Shown: piece by piece, positions 1 to 11,657 of the stretch
How the letters are laid out: every line of letters begins with the position of its first letter
Numbering within the stretch: the stretch's first letter is position 1
Origin: Octopus sinensis
Lineage: Eukaryota
Length of the DNA stretch: 64,000 nucleotides
Assembly (NCBI RefSeq): GCF_006345805.1
Contig: NC_043009.1
Coordinates: 45,136,001-45,200,000, forward strand
Direction of reading: 5' to 3'
Made by a program: the position numbers and the translations under genes
The notes under the pieces: generated by a model
The model's database searches: none
The model's input: only the letters and a program-made list of their open reading frames with translations
What the model was told of the DNA's origin: nothing

Positions 1-264
1 ATCATCCAAGCCAAATATACAATGGAAACAAATTTATTATTTGAGTCGAAGCCAGGTGGTAGACTGAAGACCATTAGAATCTCGGGAAAAATGTCTTGTA
101 GCATTTATTCTGCTTCTTTATATCCTATGTTCAAATCCCGCCGAAGTCAACATTACCTGTCATATTTTTGGGGTCCTTAAAATGAAGTACCAGTCAAGGA
201 TTACTCAGCGGAATCGACCGACCCCTCCTCTTAAGAATTGCTGCCCTTATGTTTAAATTTTTAT

Positions 265-478
265 TGGTTTCAAATTTTGGTACAAGGCCAGCAAATTCAG
301 GGGGAGGGACCAGTCAATTATATCTACTCAGTGTTCAACTCATACTTATTTTATCGACCATGTAAGGATGAAAAGCAAAGTAGACCTCGGTGGAATTTGA
401 ACATCTGAATGTAAAGACGGACAGAATGCCGCAAAGCATTTAATCCGGTATGCTAACGATTCTACTAGATTGCCACCT
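265..478 (-). mobile_element. SINE family A copy (tRNA-derived, Meta-domain-like core), preceded by a decayed opposite-orientation copy at about 60-250
   Basis: Reverse complement reads aaggtggcaatctagtagaatcgttagcataccgg...gttcaaattccaccgaggtctactttgc...gtcgataaaataagta...ggccttgtaccaaaatttgaaacc, matching the copies at 16741 and 52191. Confidence 0.8.
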
Positions 479-527
479 TTGTTTAAATTATTATGATTAT
501 TATTTGGTAGTCTAATTTTTATCATGT

Positions 528-770
528 ACTTTCACTGCACTATTGAACGCAGCTGTGTGTGCCTTGGGTATGTGCTGTGGTTTGTTGTGGTGCTCTTATT
601 TTCTCTGTACTGAAAGTGTTTTACGTAGGATGTGTGCGGTGCCTAGTAGTGCCAATTTCTGTGTTATATATACTTGTAAGTCCTGCTTTTGTTATGTATG
701 TGTCTGGACGTTTTTTTATCATACCTAATGCGCCTACTATGATAAGAATTGTTTTTGCTTTTAGGCTCAA
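528..770 (-). mobile_element. 3' end fragment of an R4/Dong-like RLE non-LTR retrotransposon
   Basis: Reverse complement closely matches 6060-6300: encodes ILIIVGALGMIKK...QKLALLGTAHILRKTLSVQ plus the same 3' UTR. Confidence 0.85.
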
Positions 771-789
771 GTACGGTGCCAGCTGTTCA

Positions 790-1390
790 CTACCAGTGTA
801 CTAAGGTAACACCCCTTAGTTTTCGAGCACCATCCGGAGTATTCGAGCGGTTCCAAACAGTACTGTTTTCTGCAAGTGCTCCACCCTTATTGCAGCCCCT
901 ATTTGTTCCTTGTACTTCTCAAGATTTTTACTCATTGTTCTTAGGGCTCCGACAATTATTGGTAGTACTACCACCTTTTTCACCATCTAAGCTAGCCTGT
1001 CATATCTATCCACTTTTCTGTTTTCCTTATCGCATACCTTGTTGTCAGGTGGGCATTCTATATCTCTGATCCAGCGTTGTTTGCTTTCTTTCCCAATTAA
1101 CACTATGCCTGGTTTCCTTTTCTCTATCTCATGGTCGTACTGAATCATAAAATCCCATAGGATCTTTGCATTATCATTTTCGAAGATGCTTTCGGCTTTA
1201 TCAGGTTTATGTTCGTACCACCTTTTTGCTCTATCAAGTCCATATTTGTTGCAAAGTGTTCAATGGACAATCCTTGCTATATTGTCATGACGTCTCATAT
1301 TCTTTCTAGGCTAGTGGCGTACATTACCTGGTAGTATGCCATACGGTTTCACTATTTTGTCCACAAATCCTGCACTTACCACTTTCTGAT

Positions 1391-1392
<2 letters not shown>
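790..1392 (-). mobile_element. RLE non-LTR retrotransposon C-terminal fragment (zinc knuckle and endonuclease), decayed
   Basis: Minus-strand translation gives KCRICGQNSETVWH, HDNIARIVH, WYEHKP, ENDNAKILWDF and QKTVLFGTARIL, with stops and frameshifts. Confidence 0.85.
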
Positions 1393-1443
<51 letters not shown>

Positions 1444-1449
1444 TATCAC

Positions 1450-1487
<38 letters not shown>

Positions 1488-1534
1488 GTATAATCATCAT
1501 CATCATCATAATCATCATCATCATCATCATCATC

Positions 1535-1565
<31 letters not shown>

Positions 1566-1572
1566 TCATCAA

Positions 1573-1622
<50 letters not shown>

Positions 1623-1645
1623 TCATCATCATCATCATCATCAGT
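1391..1645. repeat. Compound trinucleotide microsatellite (ATC/ATT/AAC/GTC)
   Basis: Directly visible in-register blocks of different triplets. Confidence 0.97.
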
Positions 1646-2033
1646 AATAATAATTACTATTATTGCTATTATCCTTATTAGGAGGAATGGTTTGGCAGAA
1701 TCAAAGGAGCCTCGACAGAAAATGCCTTGCAGTATTTTGTTACTGCTCTTTACATTCCGAGTTCAAAGCCAACCGAATTCACCTGAATGTTTTGTGTTTA
1801 GTTTATATCACTGATATTCTGTGTTGAAATCCCGCCATCCTTCCAGTCTCGATGAAATATTTATGTTTCCTCTCAAATACTGGGGCTAATATAATCGACT
1901 GTACACCCGCTTCAAAATCTGCTCCCGCCTCCTTGTGACATTATTACAAATCTAATAATACCATTGATTTTGTAGAACACTCAACAGAATGTCTTGCAAT
2001 ATTTAGTTTATCTAAGGCAACGAGCAAGCAAAG

Positions 2034-2210
2034 TGTTTAGCAGCATCTCGTCCGTCCTTGCATTTTGAGTTCAAATTCCGCCGAAGTCGACTTTGCCTTT
2101 CATTCCTTTCCGGGTCGATAAAATAAGTACTATTTAAGCGCTGCGATTGATGTAATCGATTCAACCCCTCCTCCGAACTTGCTGGCCTTGTGCCAAAATT
2201 TGAAACTAAT
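2034..2210 (+). mobile_element. SINE family A copy, flanked by more decayed copies between about 1680 and 2440
   Basis: gagttcaaattccgccgaagtcgactttgcctttcattcctttccgggtcgataaaataagtac...ggccttgtgccaaaatttgaaac. Confidence 0.85.
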
Positions 2211-2899
2211 ATTTAATTTGCCTTATATTTCTTAGTTAAAAAATTACTGGGTTCGACTTCACATTTCATCCTTCTGGGAGTAAAGTAAGGTTATCTTTGA
2301 AGTAAAATACCGGTCACGCACCAGGGTCAATTTGGCTGAGTTGTTAGTGAGTTGTAGTCTGGTACAGTTCTTTACATTTCACTTTAGATTCTATCAATAT
2401 CCATTTTGCCTTTCATCCTTGTGTGTTCGCAAAACACAGTACATATGAATTGTAGAAACATCTACCGTGGTAGATTTATTTCCGTATAATGCCTCCCACC
2501 TGCAAATGGAATTATAATACAAGACTTTATTCTCTTCCAGAATGTGCGGGCTTTTGCCTATGTCATACATTCTTATTATAGTAAAAACATATCGCTTTCA
2601 TCGCATCGGAAATAGTTTATCGAAACACAACTGATGCAACAAAAAAGAAAAAAAGGAAAAAAACCCCAATTAATCGAAGTAACAACTACTGCAATCGACA
2701 ATTAATCGAATTATTGTGAATATCTGAGATACGGAAAATATGGTAATGGAAAAACAAATGATTATATCAGGGCCATTTCCGTCACAAGCAAATGGAAACC
2801 TGCTCTGGTTATCTAGTACTACCTGTTCATGATCAAATGGTTTTTCACTGGTCTTGTTCAGTGTGGAGGGTATCTGTTCATCCAGCAGGATTGAAAAAA

Positions 2900-4460
2900 A
2901 ACATAAAATCTGTCAAAGTCGGATGAACTCATTGACGACCAATGGCACTTATACAAACTATACACTTGATATAAAGTATCAATTTATACGATCAGCATTC
3001 AAGGCCGATTATATAATATTTATACAATTCACACACAAGCACGCACAAATTTCCTCACGTGAACAAAACAAACACCGAGCAATCTGTTCAGAAGGATGTC
3101 GCGGCCTGACACGAATAGAGAGCTACTGTAAAATAACAATAGTTCGACTATAAAAATACTTAGACACAAAAAGTGGACGACTACTACATATAATAAAGCA
3201 ACACGAAAAAACAGAAAATGTTTTTCTCTATACACAAGGAGCCAACAAAATACAAAGCATACAAACTACACTAATACACTGATCTCAGATGACAACACAG
3301 TAGAAATGGCCAAAGAGACAAAAAGCAACATGAAAACAGAACTAAAAAAACATACTAAAGAAGAAATGGAGAGAAAGAAAAATCATTCCATGGTTATTAC
3401 CCTGCAAGGCTTGACAGAGAAGAAGTGAGCCTAAGTAAAAGCCAACAACAGCTCAAAAACTTTGCACTAAAAGCTGAAACAAAAGGACTGATTTTCGCTA
3501 CGCAAGACCTATGTCTGACGACAAACAACTATAAAAGCATAACAATGAAAACAGGCCCTAACAACAAAATGCAGAATGTGCAACCAGCACAATGAGACGG
3601 TTGTCTGCATTATCTCTGGCTTTCCAGTCCTAGCCAAATCTGAATATATATACAGACATGACCGAGTAAGTAATTGCATCCACCGGATAATATGCCAACA
3701 CTACAACATAAAAACTGGCATGAAATGGTATAAAAACGTGCCAAACAAGGGTATGCCTGTTCAAACCGAGAAAGAAACCAAAGCTAATCGCCCAGTCATA
3801 ATAATTCAGGATTAGAGAAAAAACCCCCAAAATATCTGTTTACTGATAGACATTGCAGTCCCTTCTGACCAGAAGGTTACCCCAAAAGAAGAGAAATTAT
3901 CAAAGTACAAAGATTTCGAAATTGAAGTATTAAAAAATGTAGGGTATGAAGGTGAAAACAATACCAGTAATAATAGGGGCATTGGGTAAGATAAAAAAAA
4001 AAGCAAAAACGTATGAATGAAAATAAAATATAGAAGCTATATCTGAACCCTCAACACTACCCCCTATCTCAAATATCGTCCTGTGAGGAACAACCCACAT
4101 CTTACGCAAGATGCAATCAATTTATTAGTACAACCCAAATAAAACCACAAACACAGGACACACTCTATACAGCTAATACGCAATAAAATAAACAGCCCCC
4201 ACAATATGTGCGTTGCAGGTCGGATACCCTACAGAAAAACATAACTCGCATTACATACACAATACACAATGTAAACCCGAGTACAACAAAAAAGTATGAC
4301 CAAATCCCATAACAAAATAAACTGACGCAATACAATACCATGAAGAGTTTGTACTCCCCACTCAAAAAAGAAATAAGAACACATAATGCTGAAAATACCT
4401 CAGTAACGCGGAGGTGTAGCAAGTGGTGCAGTAGAAATATGCCTGTAACTATCAAATGTC
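2900..4460 (+). mobile_element. R4/Dong-like RLE retrotransposon, 3' third, decayed, with 3' UTR ending at (TAA)n
   Basis: Motifs EGCRGL (GGRGL), CRMCNQHNETVVCIISG, YIYRHDRV, ANRPVIII, CLLIDIAVP, KEEKLSKYKD, IIGALG and HILRKM. Confidence 0.85.
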
Positions 4461-4832
4461 GAATAATAATAATGAAGGCGAATGAACCGCAAATCGGGAC
4501 TTAACTCCGGAGCAATATTTGGATGAAGATACGGGACCAACTGGCGTTCACCTGTCTCCTAGTGAGAATCATGATCATGGTCCCCATTACAGAGAAATGT
4601 GAAGAGAACAGGCCCAACTTATGGGTAGTAAGTGCTCTGCAGTCTTGGTTGACAATCTTGCTAGAGATGGTGTCTCGATAAAAATACTGGTCGGTGGTTA
4701 ACCTTAAAACATATCCTCAATGTTGAATGAAAATGTTTAATACAAATGTATCAAATAATGGTGTTAATGAGGATGAAACCAAAGGTGAAAGCCTTTCGCC
4801 TAGCACTATTTCAGACCATAGTCTAGATTGCG

Positions 4833-4998
4833 AAGTTGTGGTGAAAGAGTACAGCGAGGCTCACCACCCACCGCCGGAGCCTCGTGGAGCTAAGGTGTTT
4901 TGCTCAATAAACACTCATAATGCCCGGTCTGGGAATCGAAACCACGTTCTTACGACCGCGAGTCCGCTGCCCTAACCACTGGGCCTTTGCGCCTCCAC
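4833..4998 (-). mobile_element. SINE family C, 5' half (tRNA-like head)
   Basis: Reverse complement gtggaggcgcaaaggcccagtggttagggcagcggactcgcggtcg...ggtttcgattccc has Pol III A-box and B-box-like motifs and matches the copy at 20328. Confidence 0.9.
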
Positions 4999-5399
4999 TC
5001 TGGTTGATGTTGGAGTTGTCACGGGTTATGGTGGTGTTAGTGGTCTTGTTTTGGCTGTTGCTGATGTATGTTGTTGCTGATGATCTTGGTGATGGTAATG
5101 GTGCTGTTGGTGTTGGTGAAAGTGTTATGGTCTGCAGGTTCTTTGCAAAAGTCAAGGGGAGTGGCGACCGATACGCTTGGTTGACTATTATGCCTCAGGT
5201 CGACTGAAACCGAGGAAGCAGATACATTTTCTCTTACATCCACTCCTCTGTTTAGACAAGTGCTGGCCATGTTGTGAAAAGGGATAGATTGAAAAATATG
5301 CCCAAGAAAGTTTTCGGAGATTGAATTGGGGTGAAACTCTTTTAGAAGATACTTGGATATATCCTCCAAACAATAATTACAATTTCAGCGGCCGAAAGT

Positions 5400-5912
5400 G
5401 GCAAAAGACAAGCAAAATTAGAGGAAACGCACCAGCGATGATTTGAGCGTGGATTCCACGTGTGAAGCGTACCCCGTGACCATAATATCTCGGCAAAAGA
5501 ATTTGATAAGGTCAGGAAATATAAAGATTTACTAATCGAAATCGAAAAGACAAGGCATCTCAAGACAGTTACAATACCATTGATTGCAAGAGTACTTGGA
5601 ATGATTAAAAAGAGGAACTGAAAATTATTTAAGAATGGTCCCCGGCTTACCGTCCATGCAGGAAGTGCAAATGATTGTCTTAACTGGTACATCACACGTA
5701 CTGAGAAGAACATTGTCGCTGTGAATTTTTTTCCCTGTTCCCCTTTATTTACTTTGTTTACTTTTTATTTTTTCCCTTTCTCTGTCTTTCTTCCCTTTGT
5801 AAATGGAACAATATGGTGTGTTTATTTTAATGGCCTAACAATGTATACAGTGCGTTTCTCTGCCCTAGGTGTCAGGAAGACACTCAGCAAGAAATGAAAA
5901 CAGAATTGAAAG
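5400..5912 (+). mobile_element. RLE retrotransposon 3' end with UTR, followed by (TAA)n
   Basis: KEFDKVRKYKDLLIEIEK...VLGMIKK...VLTGTSHVLRRTLSL*. The UTR end tttctctgccctaggtgt recurs at about 11701. Confidence 0.8.
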
Positions 5913-5914
5913 AT

Positions 5915-5936
5915 GATAATGAAAATAATAATAATG

Positions 5937-5995
<59 letters not shown>
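5915..5995. repeat. (TAA)n microsatellite
   Basis: Directly visible. Confidence 0.97.
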
Positions 5996-5996
<1 letters not shown>

Positions 5997-6330
5997 TCTA
6001 AAAGAAATGGAGAAACTTTCAAAATACAAAGACCTGGAAATAGAGGTAACCAGAATGTGGAATCTAAAAACAGAAACAATTCCTATCATAGTAGGTGCAT
6101 TAGGCATGATAAAAAAATATTCAGACAAATACATAACAAAAACACCAGGACTTACAAGCACATATAACATACAGAAAATTGCACTACTAGGCACTGCACA
6201 CATCCTACGCAGAACACTTTCCATACAATAACCATCAGAGCATCACAACAAATCACAGCACATACCTAAGGCACACAGAGCTGAGCTCGGTAGTGAAGTG
6301 AAAGCACGCTATAAAAATAAAACTACTGAA
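5996..6330 (+). mobile_element. Young 5'-truncated RLE (R4/Dong-like) copy inserted in a (TAA)n array
   Basis: Uninterrupted ORF end EKLSKYKDLEIEVTRMWNLKTETIPIIVGALGMIKK...QKIALLGTAHILRRTLSIQ* plus about 100 bp UTR, with (TAA)n on both sides. Confidence 0.92.
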
Positions 6331-7604
6331 TAATAATAATAATAATAATGATAATAGATATTATGTGACCAAGCAGAAGCAATACGAAAGAATGGATGGT
6401 TTACAGAATTGGAGACAGAAGCTATTAAAAGAAAGATATCGAGTGAGGCTGGGCATGCGAGAAACGAAAATGGTATAGTGGAAGAGATGGAAAATTGTTC
6501 GCAAGAATATAATACTATGAACTGTGAAAGAATTGATATGAGTGACTATTCAAACAATGAAGATCGATTAATAATAGACAGAATTTCGGATCTATTAAAT
6601 ACAGAAGGGACATAATTTATGTGCGACTTTAAGAAGGTTAACCAATGGAAACTAAATCAAGAGACGCATAAAGTCAATAATGTACTGAGACACATTGAAA
6701 CAAAGGGCATCACACAAACAAATAATCTTATGAAGGCAGCTGGTATGATTGTGGCAGAAAGGATGGGACTGAGAACTACTGAGAATAGAACAGCGACGGA
6801 TAGGAGAGGAAATAAACAACAGTGGTGGAAAAGGAGAATTTTTGAAGATATAAACTCCTCGAACAGTGTAGTGTCAAAACTTATCAGGAAAAGAAATGGA
6901 GACCTTAAGAATTAATGGAAATTCGAAAAAAGTTAGGAAGACGTATGGTGTGGATGCAAAAGGCCTGAATATTATAATTGAAGGACTGAAGCAGTGCATA
7001 CGTGCAAAAAGAAAGAAGAAAGAAGAAAGAGCAAAGCTAACTTTGAACAACGGAATAAGCAATACCAGCAAAACAAATTGTTTAGAACCGACTAAAAAAG
7101 ATTTTACCAGCAGATTAATGATGATAAAATACTTGACAGATTAGTCCCTTATGCTGATGAAAATCGACTCTTTTGAGGTAAAATATGGAGTAAACAGCTT
7201 TTTTTCCCCAGCAAGAGGCTATCCACTTCATAGAAGACAGTATCAGAAATATAAGTAAAAAGATAAGCAAATGGAAAGCAGCAGGACCTGATGGTGTACA
7301 CAGGATTTTGGATAAAACGTTCAGTAGTTGCCATAAATTGATCGCAGAGCAATTTAATGCATTGATCAATGGAGAAGAAGAAATCCCGAGCTGGTTGACA
7401 AAAGGATGAATGGTGTTGTGCCTGAAGGATGCATCAAAGGGAAATGCTGCTGACAATTACAGACCGATTTACTACCTCCCGTTAATGTGAAATTGCAGAA
7501 CCTTATAAATTCCGGGATGAGAACACTATATTACCCTCCGAACAAAAAGGCTGTATAGAAGGAGATGCAGAGGTACCAAAGATCAACTATTGATAGACAA
7601 AATG

Positions 7605-8176
7605 GGAAAGACTTCCGCCCGTCACCCCACTGTTTTCTCCCAAATTTGTTTATTTAAAATTTTTTTGCCAAAAATCCCCGTTTTCGGATACGGAGATTCC
7701 GGAAAATTGCCAAGAATTAGCATTGTGAAAAATTTTCCTCCCTTTCCCCACAACTTCTTCAATTTTGACTTTTTCTTCAACACTAATACTAAAACCGTAA
7801 CCGTAACCGTAAGTACAGAAATGTTTTGAAATTTTTGTCCGAATCATAATGTCCGTGTTTTTCCGCACATTTAGAAAAAAAAAAAAATTCTTAAAAAAAC
7901 ATATTACAAAAATTTTTGGAAACTTTTTTTCAGAATCTTAATCTCCATATTTTTCCGCATATTTAAAAAAACTCAATTTCTGAAAAAGTAAAAAATGAAG
8001 GAAATTGGGGTGTTGGCGGGGTTGGGTAGTGGTAATTTAAAAAGTGCTGATTTTTGCCAATTTTTATGCAGATTTGTATTCCCCGTAGCCGAAAAGGGAG
8101 GGTTTGTGTAGAAAGAAAAAAATTTTTTAAAGACGGTGTTTTTTTTGTGTGGGGGTGGATGGGCGGAAGTATTGCT
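7605..8176. mobile_element. Non-autonomous DNA transposon (MITE-like) with long imperfect TIRs, inserted in the RLE RT
   Basis: Direct repeat ACAAAATG at 7597-7604 and 8177-8184. Ends ggaaagacttccgccc and gggcggaagtattgct are inverted. An internal inverted match pairs ccgttttcggatacggag with tccccgtagccgaaaaggg. Confidence 0.88.
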
Positions 8177-8956
8177 ACAAAATGTTAATACAAGATTGTA
8201 AACGAAGGAGAACAAATCTGGGAATGGCCTGGATTGACTGTCGCAAAGCTTATGATATGATTCCACATTCATGGATCATCATCGAGTGCTTAGATTTGTG
8301 TGGAATTGCAAGGAATGTAACGTGTTTCCTGAAGAGAAGTATGGTGAACAGAACTGACGTCTTACGGAAAAAGCTTGGGTACCCCGGGGATCAGAAGAGG
8401 GATTTTGCAGGGTGATAGCCTATCTCTGCTGCTTTTTGTTCTCTGCATGATACCTCTGACCTTGGTACTCAGGAAAATGAAACAGGGGTACCTACTAAAA
8501 GAAAAATCCCAAACAATCAGCCACCTCCTCTTCATGTATGATTTGAAACTGTACGGCAAAGATGAGACACAAGTGAGTTCCTTGGTGAACATGGTTTACT
8601 GTTTTAGTACTGATATTAGAATGGAATTTGGACTCAAGAAGTGTGGTGTAATCTACCTAAAAAGAAGCAAGGTACAGTCCCTAGCAGGGATAGAATTACC
8701 ATATAGAGACTTGATTAAGCACATTGAAACGAAAAGATACAAATACATTGGTGTACTAGAGTGCAACAAGATAATGGAAAACGAATTGAAAGAACAAATG
8801 AGAATGAAGTGTTTCTGAAGACTGAGGTTGATGCTGCGCTCAAAATTGACTGGATGGAATAAAATCCAAGCAGTTAATACGTGGACAATAGCATCACTTC
8901 GGTATGGAGCGGGAGTTATAAAATGGAGAAAGAGAGAAGTGAGGAAAATTGATACC

Positions 8957-9191
8957 CATTTCTTTATTACCCACAAGGAAATAAACATAGAGGGGACAAA
9001 CAAGGACAGACATAGGTATTAAGTCGATTACATTGGCCCCAGTGCGTAACTGGTACTTTATTTATCGAACCCGAAAGGATGAAAGGTAAAGTCGATCTCG
9101 GCGGAATTTGAACTCACAACGTAACGGCAGACGAAATACCGCTAAGCATTTCGCCCGACGTGCTAATGTTTCTGCCAGCTCGCCGCCATTA
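8957..9191 (-). mobile_element. Full-length SINE family A nested in the RLE element, 17-bp TSD
   Basis: TGAGGAAAATTGATACC at 8940-8956 and 9192-9208. Body is the reverse complement of ggcggcgagctggcagaaac...gtcgataaa...aataaagaaat. Confidence 0.95.
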
Positions 9192-10173
9192 TGAGGAAAA
9201 TTGATACCAAGACCAGAAAAATGTCGACAGTACACGGAGCCTTCCACCCTAATAGTGACCCCGATAGGCTATACTTGTCCAGGAGAAAGGGTGGTAGAGG
9301 TCTGATCAGTTGCCAGAGGACTGTATCGAAGCAGAGGAAAACAGCCTTGGGTGGTATATAAAAATGCCGTGGAGCCACTGTTGAAACACACGCAGAAGGC
9401 CGGCGTTATCAAAACTGAAAATTGTGTAACTAAAGAAAAATTTAAACAAGAAATGAACAAAAGAGAAAAAAATGAAAAAGTATGGAAGGAAAAATGTACG
9501 GTCAGTTTGCAAGAGTTAGGAATGCCAAGAGAGATACAGATGAGAAGGAGTGACCTGAAGATAGAGACAAAAGCACTCATATCTGCAGCTCAGGAACAAG
9601 CGTTAAGGACCAATTATATGAAGTGCAGAATTGAAACAACAAATGCAGAATGTGTGGTGAAAGGGGTGAAACGGTATGGCACATCGTTAGCGAATGCCCG
9701 AAATTGGCACAACGCGAATACAAACGACGCCGTGACAATGCAGCAAGAATGATCCATTGGGAGCTCTGTGGAAATCACGGCCAACAAAGAGCAAAGACGT
9801 CGTATGAACAAACCCTCATATGGAGTCACCGAAAATGAAAACTGCAAAATCTTGTGGGATGCAATGATCCAGTGCGAACACCTGACCAGATATAGGAGAC
9901 CGGACGTTGTTGTTGTACATAGTTGTGGTGAATAAAAAAGAAAGAACATGAATGATTATCGACATAGGACGCCGCGGTGACTACAGGATCAATGTTAAAG
10001 AAGAAAAAAAAACAACTACGACGATTTAAAGCGGGAAATACGAAGGTTGTGGTCAATGAGGAGAGTAGACGAGATAGCAATAGTAATTGGTGCACTTGGA
10101 AGTACCAACACTCACCTACCAGCACGGCTGAAAAAAATCGGTGCAAATGTGAAGGTAGAATACCTACAAAAAT

Positions 10174-10940
10174 GGGGAGGAACAGTTTGCCACTCTCCCT
10201 TCTCGGCCTCAATACTCGAATAGTCCAAGTTGTTTTGGTCAGGAAGAAGGATATTCTCTGGTTGTTCGTCTCGCTTGGGTTCAAATGTTGCTGGTGTTGG
10301 TATTCAATGATTTATAGGTTACTGTTTTCCCGTGTATTTCCTTTATCAGTTGTTGTGGTGTGTCAAGGAAATTATTATTTTCTTCCTTCCTCAACAAACC
10401 CATTACATTTTTTAACTCGTCAATAGTTAAATGAATTAACTCTCTCGTTTGTTTCGCCGTCGAGTCGAAACCGTTGTCGTTTGGTTTGACATTGTTTTTT
10501 CTTGTTTCATTCTTCCTTTTCGTTTGTGTTTACTGTGTTCATGTCGGTGGTGATGTTGGCGGCGTCTACTTGACTTTTCTTGTTTTAGTTTTCTGTATCA
10601 AACGTGGTGCATGTGTAAGGAGTGAAATTTGTCCTGCTACTTGTGATGTTCAGAGGCGGGAAATCTTGAATGTACTGGTTGTCAGTACAGCCACTGCCAC
10701 TACCTTCGACAGAGGAAGCCATCTTGTCTTTTCGTCAAACGAAAAACAATGTTTTTTCTTAAATGGACCGAAAAGTCCAAAATTCACTCCTAAAATGGGG
10801 AAATTTTCAACAAAAGTACCCCTCCGGCACGCCAAAAGGGGTTCGGAAGACAAAAACCAACCAACAAACAGTCAATAAACTTGAAAACTAACAACAAATT
10901 TCAACCTGACGAAGCTCTGAAAGACACGTCTTACCTCGAC
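10174..10940 (-). mobile_element. Probable 5' UTR and start of ORF1 of an L1/Tx1-like LINE, decayed
   Basis: Minus strand: about 200 bp leader starting gtcgaggtaagacgtg, then aagATGGCT opening a low-complexity frame MASSVEGSGSG...IKEIHGKTVTYKSLNTNT with stops. It abruptly replaces the end of the RLE. The family assignment is inference. Confidence 0.4.
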
Positions 10941-10984
10941 GATAACAACAACAACACTAATAATAATAATGATAATAATAATCA

Positions 10985-11435
10985 TCCTATTCAAACGGAA
11001 AGAAAGTTAGAAAATAATTAACCGAACATAACAATTATAGATAAGGAAAAGCGAAGTTACTTACTTATCAACCCATCATGCCTGTTTGATTCCAGGACCT
11101 TAAAGAAAGAGGGCGAAAAACAAACAACATACAATCCGTTAAAATTTGTAATAGGAAGAATTTGGAGCATGCGAGCAGTAAAAGTCGTGCCTATAGTAAT
11201 TGGTGCGTTGGGGACAATAAGCAACGATATAGAAAAATGACTGGAGATTGGAATAGAATGTCCGGTAGAGCTCCTAGAGAAAGTTAGTCTCTTAAGGGCT
11301 GCAACGATTATCAGGAGGTTTCGAAGCACTTGAAAGACAGCTGAAAACTTGTGGATACCTAAGGTTATAGGTAGTAACCTGCTACCCATATAAATCCTGC
11401 CAGGAATAAGACCGAACCTGATCCAAACCAAACTA
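10985..11435 (+). mobile_element. RLE retrotransposon 3' end between (TAA)n tracts
   Basis: PNITIIDKEKRSYLLINPSCLFD...IWSMRAVKVVPIVIGALGTI...EKVSLLRAATIIRR, then UTR and taataataat. Confidence 0.85.
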
Positions 11436-11554
11436 ATAATAATACACGTGCCTGGTGTAATCTTATCGAACAGCTAGTCATGTTGGGTATATCGGGCATC
11501 AAATATTTTTATCTCAGCGTAACTCTGCTGCTCTCTCACCCATGATCATTACTA

Positions 11555-11571
11555 TTAATAATGATAATAAA

Positions 11572-11648
<77 letters not shown>

Positions 11649-11657
11649 CATCATCAT
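11555..11657. repeat. (TAA)n microsatellite followed by a short RLE 3' UTR remnant (to about 11750)
   Basis: Directly visible; the remnant matches 5855-5910. Confidence 0.9.

Larger units (their letters stand above)
6357..10171 (+). mobile_element. Near full-length decayed R4/Dong-clade RLE non-LTR retrotransposon (RT, CCHC knuckle, RLE); pseudogenised, with two nested insertions
   Basis: Ordered motifs across frames: DQAEAIRKNGW, KAAGPDGV, NYRPI, RGTKDQLLID, MAWIDCRKAYDMIPHSWI, GILQGDSLS, HLLFMYDLKLY, FGLKKC, YKYIGV, GGRGL, AAQEQALRT, CRMCGERGETVWHIVSEC, KILWD, RRPDV, VIGALG, YLQK. Many stops and frameshifts. Confidence 0.95.

Noticed and set aside
1324-1641. Homopolymeric and dipeptide-repeat ORFs (poly-M/T/I/L/Y, YI, HT and CV repeats), here and throughout
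   Set aside because: They are translations of microsatellites.
10905-10932. ctgacga...gaaa as a hammerhead ribozyme
   Set aside because: No credible stem II, stem III or stem I pairing.
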